Shown here in pieces: positions 1 to 9,487 of a stretch of 64,000 bases of DNA (its first letter is position 1; the number at the start of each line of letters is the position of its first letter). Position numbers and translations under genes: made by a program. Source of the stretch: Candidatus Limnocylindrus sp. (GTDB lineage: Bacteria; Chloroflexota; Limnocylindria; Limnocylindrales; Limnocylindraceae); assembly GCA_040397175.1 (NCBI GenBank), contig JBBAWM010000001.1:313976-377975 (forward strand), written 5' to 3'. The notes below the pieces were generated by a model that worked only from the letters and a program-made list of their open reading frames with translations, had not been told where the DNA came from and ran no database searches.

Positions 1-2511
1 GAGCGCCGTCGTGCGGCACAACTCACTGCAAGCGCGCATCCCGCGGCCGCCCCAGGCCCTGGCAGCTTTGACGCCGCGCTCGCCGATCTAGCTGCCGCTG
101 GGCTCAGCGTTGCGGCGATTCGAGCCGTCGCCGCGCAGGTGAGCTACCTCCCAGTCCTCACCGCTCACCCCACCGAGGCGCGCCGTCGCACGCTGATCGA
201 TACGCTCAGTCGCATCCGCACCCTGCTCGACCGACGCGCTCTTGGCGGCACCTTTGGTGCCGAGGTCGACCTGCGCCTGCGCGAAGAGATGACCAACCTC
301 TGGCGCATGGGCGGCATTCGCACTCGGCGCGTGACCGCCCTCGACGAGGTTCGCTCGGCCATGGTGCACTTCGACGGAACGATCTTTCGCCTCTTGCCAC
401 GCCTCTTGCGGAGCCTCGACGATGCGCTCGGTCGACTCGAGAAGGCCACTCCACCGTCGGGACTCCGCGCCCCGCTGACGCTTCCAGCGCTCCGTTGGGG
501 GACCTGGATCGGCGGTGACCGCGATGGGAACCCAAACGTGAATGCCGAAACCAGTCGTGAAGCGATGCGCATCCAGGCTGACCACGCACTGCGCGCCCTT
601 GAGGCGGTTGCCTCGCGACTAATGATGACCATCTCCGCAACGGTTGATGGCGGCGAGCTTGATGGGGCACTCGGCGCATCGCTCATTCGCGATGCCAAGG
701 ATCTTGGTGAGATCGAACGAACCCTCTCGATCCGCTTCCCCGATGAGCCGTATCGCCGCCGTCTCGGCGCAATCGCGCAACGCATCGCGCGCACGCGTCG
801 CGCACGCATTGAGGGGGCCAGCCAGGTAGGCAGCTATGCGACGCCACAAGCGCTGATCAACGAGCTCCGCGAACTTCGCGCGAGCCTCGCCGCCGATGGG
901 CTTGAGCGTTCTGCATATGGCGAACTGCTTGAATTTGAGTGGCAGGTAGAAGCTTTCGGCTTTCACTTCGCGATGATGGAGATCCGCCAGGCGCGTGGTG
1001 CACACCACGCTGCGATCACGCATCTCACTGCCGACCTAGGGGAGCCAGGCCAAAGTGCGGCACTGAAGCCGGCTCAGGTCACCGCCGCACTGGCACATGA
1101 AGCTGTTCCGGGCGTGACCGTTGGTGAAGTGCTGGCGACGATTCGCGTCGCCGCAGAGATCCAGCGGACGCACGGCGAGGAGAGCCTCGGTCGGTACGTG
1201 ATTAGTGGCTTTGAAGGCGTTGAAGATCTGCATGAGCTCTTAGCGCTCTTCACCTGGGCTGAGGATCAGCGCATTGGCGCCGACCTGACGTCAGGGGCTG
1301 TTGCAGGCTCACCGAGTATCGACATCGTGCCGCTGCTGGAATCGGCGCGCGTGCTGGAGCGCGCCGCTGAACTTGTTGACGAGATCGTTGAAAACCCAGT
1401 GCTGCAGGCACGCATCGCGGAGCGCGGACGACGCCTCGAAGTGATGCTCGGCTACTCCGATACGAATAAGGAGTCGGGCTATCTCTCGAGCGTGTGGTTG
1501 CTGCATCTGGCTGAGGCGGCACTAGTGGATCGCGCCAAGGCGCACAACCTAAAACTCACCCTCTTCCACGGACGCGGCGGCGCGATCGGTCGCGGCGGTG
1601 GTCCAACGCATCGCGCGATCTTGGGGCAACATCCTGCAGGCCTCGAGGGCGGCTTCAAGGTGACGGAACAGGGCGAGGTGATCGCCTCGCGCTACGCAGA
1701 CCCAGCGATTGCATTTAGCGAGGCGGAACAGATCATCTCGGCGCTGCTCACCATGCGCAGTCCGCTGGCCGAGCAGCGACGCGCGGAGTGGGAGGGGGAG
1801 TTTGCCCCCGCGGTTGGCGCAGTGGCGCAACGGGCGCGCGAGACCTATCAGCAGTTGATCCCGAACGATCCTGCATTCGAGACGTTCTTCCGCGCCGCCA
1901 CACCGATCGCCGAGCTGGGCGGGTTGAATCTGGGCTCACGCCCCGCCGTGCGCGGAGGGGTGGCGAAGGGTGGCTCCGGTCTCACGGGCCTGCGAGCCAT
2001 CCCCTGGGTCTTCTCGTGGAGTCAGGCGCGCGTGAATCTCCCTGGTTGGTACGGGCTCGGTGCGCTGCGCGCAGCGCTCGACGACGCTGCAGCTATGACC
2101 ACGCTGAGCGACGCATATCGACGCTGGCCCTTCTTCCAGTCGATCGTTGATAGCGCGGCGATGATCCTCGCCAAGGCCTCACCAGATGTTGCCGAAGAGT
2201 TCGCCGCACTTGGCGGCGCCGGGAGTGATGTCGATGCGACGAGGGTCTGGGCGACGATCGTGGCCGAGCGAACCGCTGCGGGTGAGGCGTTACGACGCAT
2301 CGCTGGCACAGCCGAGCTGCTCGCCAGTGACCCTGAGCTGCGGGCCTCAATTGAGGGTCGGGCCCCCGAGGTGAATGCCCTCTCGCGAGTGCAGGTGCAA
2401 CTCCTGCGTGCCCTGCGCAGCACCACCGATGAGGGCCAGCGCGCAGAGCTCTCGCACCTCGTTCGCCTCACGGTCAGCGGGGTCGCGGCTGGCCTGCGCA
2501 ACACCGGCTAG
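1..2511 (+). CDS. ppc: Phosphoenolpyruvate carboxylase, 5'-truncated by the window edge
   Basis: Frame is open from base 1. Motifs VLTAHPT, WIGGDRDGNP, VMLGYSD, FHGRGGAIGRGG, LRAIPW and C-terminal GLRNTG. Confidence 0.96.
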   Translation, partial: ERRRAAQLTASAHPAAAPGPGSFDAALADLAAAGLSVAAIRAVAAQVSYLPVLTAHPTEARRRTLIDTLSRIRTLLDRRALGGTFGAEVDLRLREEMTNLWRMGGIRTRRVTALDEVRSAMVHFDGTIFRLLPRLLRSLDDALGRLEKATPPSGLRAPLTLPALRWGTWIGGDRDGNPNVNAETSREAMRIQADHALRALEAVASRLMMTISATVDGGELDGALGASLIRDAKDLGEIERTLSIRFPDEPYRRRLGAIAQRIARTRRARIEGASQVGSYATPQALINELRELRASLAADGLERSAYGELLEFEWQVEAFGFHFAMMEIRQARGAHHAAITHLTADLGEPGQSAALKPAQVTAALAHEAVPGVTVGEVLATIRVAAEIQRTHGEESLGRYVISGFEGVEDLHELLALFTWAEDQRIGADLTSGAVAGSPSIDIVPLLESARVLERAAELVDEIVENPVLQARIAERGRRLEVMLGYSDTNKESGYLSSVWLLHLAEAALVDRAKAHNLKLTLFHGRGGAIGRGGGPTHRAILGQHPAGLEGGFKVTEQGEVIASRYADPAIAFSEAEQIISALLTMRSPLAEQRRAEWEGEFAPAVGAVAQRARETYQQLIPNDPAFETFFRAATPIAELGGLNLGSRPAVRGGVAKGGSGLTGLRAIPWVFSWSQARVNLPGWYGLGALRAALDDAAAMTTLSDAYRRWPFFQSIVDSAAMILAKASPDVAEEFAALGGAGSDVDATRVWATIVAERTAAGEALRRIAGTAELLASDPELRASIEGRAPEVNALSRVQVQLLRALRSTTDEGQRAELSHLVRLTVSGVAAGLRNTG

Positions 2512-2532
2512 CCACGCGTCTATCCTCTACCC

Positions 2533-3345
2533 ATGTTGAAGCGACCCTCTCGACCAAGCGTGCGCGGCGTCATGAGCCCCGAACAGATTTCGGCGTGGGT
2601 TGCTCCCGTCGCCACACGCTGGCGTAAGCATCGCGATCTCGCTCCAGTTTCGATGGCGGCGATGCGGGGAATTGAGGCGAAGGCGTTGCGACTCGGGCAC
2701 ACATCTGAGCAGTTGCTTGCCAGTGGAGGTGAAGCGATCGCTGAACTTGCACAGCTGCTCGCCAAGGGTCGCATCGCATCCGGTGCCGCCGCCAGTGGCG
2801 CACCACTCTTCATCCTTGCTGGATCCGGAGCCGAGTCGGCCCTTGCCCTCGAGGCCAGCTTACGCATTGCCGCAGGTGGCACACCGATTGTCGTGGCCCT
2901 CTGCGGCACACGCGCGCGGCCAGAGCACGCAGCAGCATCTGCCGCCTGGGATCGACTTGAGTCGCTAACGAATGCGCGACGATTCCGCGTACCCGACATG
3001 CGCGAAGCGGCGCACTTTCGCGCGGGAATTGAAGATGTTGCGCTGGTGATTGAGGCGCTCGGTGGCTCCACCGATGCCGTCGTGCCACCGGTGCCAACGC
3101 AGGCTGGGATTGATCTGGTGATTCGTGCACGCGCCGCTGGGGTGCCCTGTCTTGCAATCACCGCGCCAGTTGGCCTTGACCCGGAGACTGGGAGCCGACG
3201 ACGGGGTGCACCTGGCGCAGATGTCACCGTGACGCTGCACCGCCCGCTGACCACCCTCCTCACCGAAGCGTCGCACAAGCTTGTTGGCGAACTCCTCGTT
3301 GCGCCTCTCGACCTGCCGCGCGACGCCGACACCCTGGCACAGTGA
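2533..3345 (+). CDS. YjeF N-terminal (NAD(P)H-hydrate epimerase-like) domain protein with degenerate motifs
   Basis: MAAMRGIEAKA start, LAITAPVGLDPETG (cf. LAVDIPSGLDADTG) and ADVTVTLH. The GxGNNGGDG motif reads AGSGAESALA. Confidence 0.65.
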   Translation: MLKRPSRPSVRGVMSPEQISAWVAPVATRWRKHRDLAPVSMAAMRGIEAKALRLGHTSEQLLASGGEAIAELAQLLAKGRIASGAAASGAPLFILAGSGAESALALEASLRIAAGGTPIVVALCGTRARPEHAAASAAWDRLESLTNARRFRVPDMREAAHFRAGIEDVALVIEALGGSTDAVVPPVPTQAGIDLVIRARAAGVPCLAITAPVGLDPETGSRRRGAPGADVTVTLHRPLTTLLTEASHKLVGELLVAPLDLPRDADTLAQ

Positions 3346-3536
3346 GCCAGCCCACCAGTCCGCTTCGCTCGGCAACGATTGCCGCGCTCGCCGCAGGAGT
3401 AGCGGTGTTGGCACTTCAAGAGATCAGTGCGCTCATTCCGCCAATTGGCTCAGCAATACGACACCTACCAGTTGTGGCGATCGTATTAGTCATGGCAACG
3501 ATCTATATCGTGGTGAAGCTGATTCGCTCGCGTTAG
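3342..3536 (+). CDS. Small two-TM membrane protein
   Basis: 64 aa with two hydrophobic segments. GTGA overlap with the upstream gene; stop overlaps the plsY stop. Confidence 0.55.
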   Translation: MSQPTSPLRSATIAALAAGVAVLALQEISALIPPIGSAIRHLPVVAIVLVMATIYIVVKLIRSR

Positions 3537-4180
3537 TCGCGCTGCAACATCCCCGTATCAAAGGTGCGCTCCGTGCCGGCGCGCAGTCGCGCGATGTTGT
3601 CGGCATGTGCAAGCCACACAAGCGCCGGCCCAATCACGGCGTAGGTGGCGACTGCCGGATCAAGGCCACGTGGCGAGGCAGCGCTTGCAACGATCAGAAT
3701 TGGCGTAAAGGCGGCTGCCGCCGTAATTGATCCGAGCGACACAAGGCGCGTGCGCCAGATCAGCACGAAGAAGAACGGCGCGGCGCCGGCGAGGGCGGCT
3801 GGGGCGATGGCGAGCGCGGTGCCAAAACCCGTGGCAATGCCACGGCCACCCTTGAAGCCGACCCAGACCGAACGAGTCGACCCGATTACCGCAAACAGCG
3901 CTGCCACCACCTCCCACCAAGCGCCTGCGCTGTCGCCAACCGAGGCGGCGAGGCCGCGCACCGCGAGAACGGGGAGGGTCCCCTTGAGGATGTCTCCGGC
4001 GGAAACCACGGCGGCACGGCGGCGGCCAAGCGCGCGCAGGGCATTGGTGCCGCCCGTGCGGCCGGAACCGACGGAGCGGGGATCGGCGCCCCCGGTGAGG
4101 CGCGCCACGATCAGCCCGAAGGGGATCGAGCCCGCCAGGTAGGCGCCGAGGGTTGCTGCAACTGCGAGTCGAATGTCCAT
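3533..4180 (-). CDS. plsY: Glycerol-3-phosphate acyltransferase PlsY
   Basis: YLAGSIPFG, GSGRTGGTNALR, DILKG, FKGGRGIATG, HADNIARLRAGTE. Confidence 0.93.
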   Translation of the reverse strand: MDIRLAVAATLGAYLAGSIPFGLIVARLTGGADPRSVGSGRTGGTNALRALGRRRAAVVSAGDILKGTLPVLAVRGLAASVGDSAGAWWEVVAALFAVIGSTRSVWVGFKGGRGIATGFGTALAIAPAALAGAAPFFFVLIWRTRLVSLGSITAAAAFTPILIVASAASPRGLDPAVATYAVIGPALVWLAHADNIARLRAGTERTFDTGMLQRD

Positions 4181-4217
4181 GGCGGCGGAGGATAGCAGTG
4201 CGGCGTAGGATTCTCGT
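4181..4217. promoter_or_regulatory. Back-to-back -10 boxes for the leaderless divergent genes plsY and lpdA
   Basis: TATCCT on the - strand (4189-4194) lies 8 nt before the plsY ATG. TAGGAT on the + strand (4206-4211) lies 6 nt before the lpdA ATG. No clear SD. Confidence 0.6.
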
Positions 4218-5645
4218 ATGCCCGACTACGACCTCCTCGTTCTTGGCGGCGGAACCGGTGGCTATGCCGCCGCCTTCCGTGCCGCCCAACTCGGCAAGCG
4301 CGTGGCGCTCATCGAGCAGGAGAAGGTGGGCGGCACCTGCCTCCACTGGGGCTGCATCCCCGCGAAGGCGATGCTCGAGAGTGGCGACCTGCTCGCCAAG
4401 ATCGGCAAGGCGGCTGACTTCGGCATTCAGATCACCCCCGCCACCGGCATTGATACGACCGTCGTCGGTGCGAGACGCGACAAGATCGTGGCCAAGATGC
4501 ACGCGGGCCTGAAGAGCCTCTTCAAGAAGAACAACGTTGAACTGATCGCCGCCCGCGGCACCATCACGGAACCGGGCAGCATCAAGGCGGCCCTCGTCGA
4601 CGAAGCTGGTCAACCAACTGGTGAAGAGCGCACGATCACCGCGACCGACATCGTGATTGCGACCGGCTCAAGCGTCCGCAGCATTCCGGGCCTCGAGACC
4701 GACGGCAAGGTCATCGTCGACAGCGATGACATCGTCACAGGAACGCTGCATCCAAAGCGCGTCATTGTGGTTGGAGGCGGAGCCGTTGGCTGCGAGTTTG
4801 CCTCGTACTTCCGCGACCTTGGCGCCGAGACCACCATCGTAGAGATGCTCCCTGCACTCGTGCCGCTCGAAGATCGCGACGCATCAAAAGAGCTCGCGCG
4901 CGCCTTTACCAAGCGGGGCATCGCCATCCACGTGGCCAATCGCATTAGCGAGGGGAGCCTGGTGCGAAGCGCCGATGGTGTGACGCTGAACATTGAGCCG
5001 GTTGACGGCAGCGGAACCGCAACGCCACTGAGTGCTGACCTGCTCGTTGTTGCCGCCGGCCGCGTGCCGAACAGTGCCAACCTCGGCCTCGAGAGCACGG
5101 CGGCCACGGTGGAGCGCGGCTTTATCACCGTTGATGCGCAGATGCGCACCAAGCAGGAGCACCTCTACGCCGTGGGCGACGTGATCGGTGGGCTCCAGCT
5201 GGCACACGTTGCCGCGCACGAGGGACTGATCGCCGCCCATGCGATTGCTGGCGATCCCATTCACGCCATGAATTACACGAAGCAGCCACGTGCCACCTAC
5301 TGCCGCCCCGAGGTCGCCTCGGTCGGCGCCACCACCCAAGAGCTCGAGCGCGACGGCGTGCCGTTCGTTGCCGGCGTGATGCCGTTTGCGGCGATCGCCA
5401 AGGCACACATCGGCGGCGACAGCGACGGCTTCTGCAAGGTGCTCCGACACGCGGAAAGCGGCGCCCTGCTCGGCGTGCACATGGTTGGCCCGAAGGTCAC
5501 CGACCTCATCGCCGAGGCGAGCCTGGCGTTGGAGCTTGGTGCGACCGCCGAGCAGGTTGGGGGCACGACGCATCCACATCCAACGCTCAGCGAGGTGCTT
5601 GGCGAAGCGGCGCTCGTCTCGCTCGGCCGTTCGGTGAACTTCTAG
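4218..5645 (+). CDS. lpdA: Dihydrolipoyl dehydrogenase
   Basis: GGGTGG FAD motif, GGTCLHWGCIP redox disulfide, GGGAVG NAD motif, HPHPTLSE. Confidence 0.96.
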   Translation: MPDYDLLVLGGGTGGYAAAFRAAQLGKRVALIEQEKVGGTCLHWGCIPAKAMLESGDLLAKIGKAADFGIQITPATGIDTTVVGARRDKIVAKMHAGLKSLFKKNNVELIAARGTITEPGSIKAALVDEAGQPTGEERTITATDIVIATGSSVRSIPGLETDGKVIVDSDDIVTGTLHPKRVIVVGGGAVGCEFASYFRDLGAETTIVEMLPALVPLEDRDASKELARAFTKRGIAIHVANRISEGSLVRSADGVTLNIEPVDGSGTATPLSADLLVVAAGRVPNSANLGLESTAATVERGFITVDAQMRTKQEHLYAVGDVIGGLQLAHVAAHEGLIAAHAIAGDPIHAMNYTKQPRATYCRPEVASVGATTQELERDGVPFVAGVMPFAAIAKAHIGGDSDGFCKVLRHAESGALLGVHMVGPKVTDLIAEASLALELGATAEQVGGTTHPHPTLSEVLGEAALVSLGRSVNF

Positions 5646-6628
5646 TGGCAGGTTCGCCGCTGATCGGGCGACAGCTGCCAATGCTCGGCGCTGCACCGAG
5701 CCACACCGAAGAGATTCTCGTTGCCTCAAAGCACCCCGAGTGGATTCGCTCGAAAGCACCAGGCGGCGCACGTTATCGTGAGCTCCAGTCGCTGATGCGC
5801 ACCAAGAGCCTAAACACCGTCTGTGAAGAGGCGCACTGCCCAAACATCGGCGAGTGCTGGGAGCAGGGGACCGCGACCGTGATGATCCTGGGCGACACCT
5901 GCACGCGCGCCTGCGGCTTCTGCGCCGTGAAGACTGGCCGCCCAGACGGCCTCGACCTTGATGAGCCGCGCCGCGTCGCCGAGGCGCTCGCCTCGCTGAA
6001 CCTTAACCACGTCGTGGTGACGAGCGTCGCCCGCGACGACCTCGCCGACGGTGGCGCCGCAATCTTCGCCGCCACGATCCGCGAGCTGCGTGCGCTTGCG
6101 CCTGACACGGGCGTTGAGGTGCTGATCCCCGACTTCGACGGCCGCGAGGCGCCGCTCCGTGCGGTGATGGAGGCGGCCCCCGACATCGTTGACCACAACC
6201 TGGAGACGGTGCAGCGCCTGCAGAAGTCGGTGCGAAAGCGCGCCCGCTGGGATCGTTCGCTCGAGGTGATTCGTCGCGCCAAGGAGATGGCCGCCGAGCT
6301 TGGTAACCCGGTGCACACCAAGAGCTCGCTGATGGTTGGCCTTGGTGAAGAGCGCGCGGAGCTCACTGAGGCGTTCAAGGCGCTGCGCGCCGTTGACTGC
6401 GACGTGCTGACGATTGGCCAGTACTTGCGTCCAACCGCTGAGCACCTGCCACTGGTGCGCTACTACACGCCGGCGGAGTTCAGTGAGATGCGCGACGAGG
6501 CGTTGGCGCTCGGCTTCAAGCATGTGGAGTCGGGCCCGCTGGTGCGCAGCTCGTATCACGCCCGTGACCAGGTGCCGGCCGGCTCGCCAGCGCTTCGTGG
6601 TCGCCGCGCCGAGCGAGCGAGCGCATGA
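5645..6628 (+). CDS. lipA: Lipoyl synthase
   Basis: CEEAHCPNIGEC, CTRACGFC and GPLVRSSYHA. Confidence 0.97.
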   Translation: MAGSPLIGRQLPMLGAAPSHTEEILVASKHPEWIRSKAPGGARYRELQSLMRTKSLNTVCEEAHCPNIGECWEQGTATVMILGDTCTRACGFCAVKTGRPDGLDLDEPRRVAEALASLNLNHVVVTSVARDDLADGGAAIFAATIRELRALAPDTGVEVLIPDFDGREAPLRAVMEAAPDIVDHNLETVQRLQKSVRKRARWDRSLEVIRRAKEMAAELGNPVHTKSSLMVGLGEERAELTEAFKALRAVDCDVLTIGQYLRPTAEHLPLVRYYTPAEFSEMRDEALALGFKHVESGPLVRSSYHARDQVPAGSPALRGRRAERASA

Positions 6629-7683
6629 GCCGCATCACGACACTAAGCCCGCGGATTCCGCTGGCTGAGCTGCACTGCCACCTTGGCGGCTCCGTGACGC
6701 CAGCAATCATGTGGGGGATCGCACACTCGCAGGGGATTCGACTTCCATCGAAGGACTACTGGGCCTTCCGCAAGATGATCACCGCGGGCGCCAAGCGCAC
6801 GCGCAGCTTCAACGGTTACCTCGACCTCTTCCACTGGACCGAGTTGATTCAGTCGTCGCCGATCGCCGTGGAGCGCTCCGTGTACGAGGTGGTCGCTGGT
6901 GCGTATCGCAAGAACCACATCACCACCATGGAGTTGCGCTTCAATCCAATGAAGCGCAATCGCAACGGCGAACAGGACCTTGACCACATCATCGCTGCGG
7001 CAATTCGTGGCGCCGACCGTGCCGCGCTGGAGTACCCGGTGATGCCAGGTCTCATCCTCTGCCTCGACCGCGGCTTCACCTACGCGCAGAACGAGATCAT
7101 CGTGGAGAAGGCGATCGCCTGGAAGAGCCGCGGCATCGTTGGTATCGACGTGGCCGGCCCAGAGTCCAACAACTTCAAGGTTGCCGAATACAAGAAGCTC
7201 TTCCGCCGCGCCCGCCTCGCCGGCCTCGGCATCACCGTGCACACGGGCGAGTCTGGCCCCGTAAGCGAGGTGCTCGACGTGATCAAGAACCTCGAGCCCG
7301 ACCGCATTGGCCATGGCGTCAAGTCGGCGCAAGATCCGAAGACGCTAAAGGTCCTAGCCGAACGCAAGATTGTGTTGGAGATCTGCCCAACCTCGAACCT
7401 GATGACGCAGGTGGTGAAGGATTGGGAGGAGTTCCGGCAGATCTTTGACGCGCTGCGCAAGAACAAGGTGCGGTACGTGATCGGCACCGACGGACCCGAG
7501 ATGTTGCAGACCTACATTCGCGACGAGCTCGCCGCCCTCGGGCGACACGGCATCCTCTCCGTAGAGGAGCAAGAGATCGCCGCCGCCACCTCAATCAAGG
7601 CGAGCTTCGTGAAGAACGCCAGCAAGGCGGCAATTCCGCGCAGCGCTGGCACGTCGCCGCGCACGCAGAAGGAAGAGGTCTAG
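6625..7683 (+). CDS. add: Adenosine/adenine deaminase family amidohydrolase
   Basis: ELHCHLGGS, ELRFNP, VGIDVAGPE, HTGE, RIGHG, EICPTSN. ATGA overlap with lipA. Confidence 0.85.
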   Translation: MSRITTLSPRIPLAELHCHLGGSVTPAIMWGIAHSQGIRLPSKDYWAFRKMITAGAKRTRSFNGYLDLFHWTELIQSSPIAVERSVYEVVAGAYRKNHITTMELRFNPMKRNRNGEQDLDHIIAAAIRGADRAALEYPVMPGLILCLDRGFTYAQNEIIVEKAIAWKSRGIVGIDVAGPESNNFKVAEYKKLFRRARLAGLGITVHTGESGPVSEVLDVIKNLEPDRIGHGVKSAQDPKTLKVLAERKIVLEICPTSNLMTQVVKDWEEFRQIFDALRKNKVRYVIGTDGPEMLQTYIRDELAALGRHGILSVEEQEIAAATSIKASFVKNASKAAIPRSAGTSPRTQKEEV

Positions 7684-8135
7684 TTTCCCGCTGCCTCGTG
7701 GAGCGATGTGCGTAGCGCATCGATGAACGCCTGATCGGTGACGCCCTCCATCACCAGCACGTAGGGCGAGGCGTCAATCATTAGCAGGCTCGCTGGGTCC
7801 TTGACCCACTCAGCAGCGCAGGTATCAACGGTTGCGCGCAGCTTCGTATACGACTCGTCGTTCCGGAAGCGAAAGAGGCGGGCGGGGAGGGGAGTAGCCT
7901 CGCCAAGGCGAGCGATCGTGAAGGAGATCGCCATGGGGGCGAGCCCCTGGTCGGTGCACCCAGCATCGCCACTCACGACCGTGTCGACGGTGAGGTTGTG
8001 GTTGGCAAGCTTCTGCGTGAGGCCGGCGAAGTCGGTGGGGGTCGCCTTAGGCGACCCATGAATCACCTCGAGCCCTGAACCGCAGCCAGCCAGCAGCAGG
8101 GCCAGGGAGGCAACCAGGGCGATTCGGCTCTTCAT
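7680..8135 (-). CDS. Hypothetical lipoprotein
   Basis: Signal peptide with lipobox LLAGC. TAGGGT lies 6 nt upstream of the ATG. Confidence 0.75.
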   Translation of the reverse strand: MKSRIALVASLALLLAGCGSGLEVIHGSPKATPTDFAGLTQKLANHNLTVDTVVSGDAGCTDQGLAPMAISFTIARLGEATPLPARLFRFRNDESYTKLRATVDTCAAEWVKDPASLLMIDASPYVLVMEGVTDQAFIDALRTSLHEAAGN

Positions 8136-8238
8136 GCACTAACCCTACACGCAGGGCTCAAAGGGGCACCGCGCCTCCTAGTTGGACGCATGACGCCCCG
8201 ATCGGTATCATCTCCATCCGGGCACGGCCCGCACTCGG

Positions 8239-8315
8239 GGCGCATTCGTCTAGCGGCCTAGGACACTGCCCTCTCAAGGCAGAGACCACCGGTTCGAATC
8301 CGGTATGCGCTACCA
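8239..8315 (+). tRNA. tRNA-Glu (CTC)
   Basis: GGCGCAT/ATGCGCT acceptor stem, CTGCC-CTCTCAA-GGCAG anticodon arm, GGTTCGAATCC, encoded CCA. Upstream TTGGAC-18-TATCAT (8182-8211). Confidence 0.97.
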
Positions 8316-8473
8316 ATCCCACTCGTCCACGCAGGGCCCACTGATCTCTTCGCGCCCGTTAGGTGCGATGAGATGGATTTGGTACCATCAGCCGAAGAAC
8401 CCCCTCCCGCCAGGGAATCGTGCAGGTGTGCACCCGCCGCTCTGGGTCGCGGGGTGGGGGTGTGGAGTGCCTG

Positions 8474-9433
8474 ATGCCCGCCAAGCGGGTCCTTGCCGTT
8501 GCCCTAACCCTCCTACTTGCCGTGAGCTTCGTGGCACCGAGCGGTGCGCGAGCGCTCTCTGACGCTGGCTTTGAGTACACCGGCAATGACGGCGCTGCGA
8601 CCGTCACTGGCTGCACGAGTACCTGTCCGACCACCCTCGTCATCCCTGACACTCTCGGTGGCAACTCCGTCACGACCATCGGCGGCGCTGCGTTCGCAGC
8701 CAACGCCCTCACCAGCGTGACGATTGGGAACTCGGTCACGAGCATCGGCGACTTTGCATTCGCCAACAACGCCCTTACCACCGTGACCATCCCGACCTCG
8801 GTCACGAGCATCGGCACGGGTGCGTTCGCAGCCAACGCCCTCACCAGCGTGACAATCCCGAACTCGGTCACGACCATCGGCAACTATGCGTTCTACAACA
8901 ACGCCCTTACCACCGTGACCATCCCTAACTCTGTCACGACCATTGGGGAAGGTGCGTTCTACAGCAACGCCCTCACCTCGGTCACCTTCTTGGGGAACGC
9001 GCCTGCCGATGGCGGCAACGTGTTTGGTAACAACATCGGCCTCGCTTCTATTACGCGACCCTACTCAGCAGCGGGCTGGGGTTCAACCTGGAGCGGCAAG
9101 ACGGTCGTGATTGCCGATGCGCGAGCTACGGCCACGGTGAAGCCAACGGCTTCAGGCACGGCGAGGGTCGGCAGAACCTTGACGGCTGGTGGCACCCGGG
9201 CCGGGTATCCAGCGCCAACCCTCCGGTACCAGTGGTATGTCTGCACCAAAGCGGTCACTGCTGCCCGTAGCACCGTGCCATCCACCTGCAAGCGGATCAG
9301 CGGCGCGACGCGCAGCACCTACAGGCTGACCGCAGCACAGCGCGGCAAGTATGTGGCGGTGCTGGTGACGGGAACGAGCCTGCGCACCACGGCGACCACC
9401 TGGCTCTCGAAGACCACGGCAAAGATTAGGTAG
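8474..9433 (+). CDS. Secreted BspA-family leucine-rich-repeat surface protein with a C-terminal Ig-like domain
   Basis: Signal peptide MPAKRVLAVALTLLLAVSFVAPSGARA, five xSVTxIGxxAFxxNALTxVT repeats, and a C-terminal PTASGTARVGRTLTA...YQWYVC module. Start moved to the ATG at 8474 (GGAG upstream). Confidence 0.85.
   Translation: MPAKRVLAVALTLLLAVSFVAPSGARALSDAGFEYTGNDGAATVTGCTSTCPTTLVIPDTLGGNSVTTIGGAAFAANALTSVTIGNSVTSIGDFAFANNALTTVTIPTSVTSIGTGAFAANALTSVTIPNSVTTIGNYAFYNNALTTVTIPNSVTTIGEGAFYSNALTSVTFLGNAPADGGNVFGNNIGLASITRPYSAAGWGSTWSGKTVVIADARATATVKPTASGTARVGRTLTAGGTRAGYPAPTLRYQWYVCTKAVTAARSTVPSTCKRISGATRSTYRLTAAQRGKYVAVLVTGTSLRTTATTWLSKTTAKIR
8663..8992 (+). repeat. Five tandem 66-bp (22-aa) LRR-coding repeats
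   Basis: Units start at 8663, 8729, 8795, 8861 and 8927. Units 1 and 3 share GCAGCCAACGCCCTCACCAGCGTGAC; units 2 and 4 share AACAACGCCCTTACCACCGTGACCATCCC. Confidence 0.9.
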
Positions 9434-9487
9434 CAACTCGCAACTACGGCAACAGCGCCTGTCGTTCCCCCCTGTCATGATGCGCCC

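Noticed and set aside
8663-8992. Tandem repeats as a CRISPR array or DGR template/variable repeat
   Set aside because: They are in-frame 66-bp coding repeats without unique spacers. Differences are not adenine-specific, and there is no cas or reverse transcriptase gene in the window.
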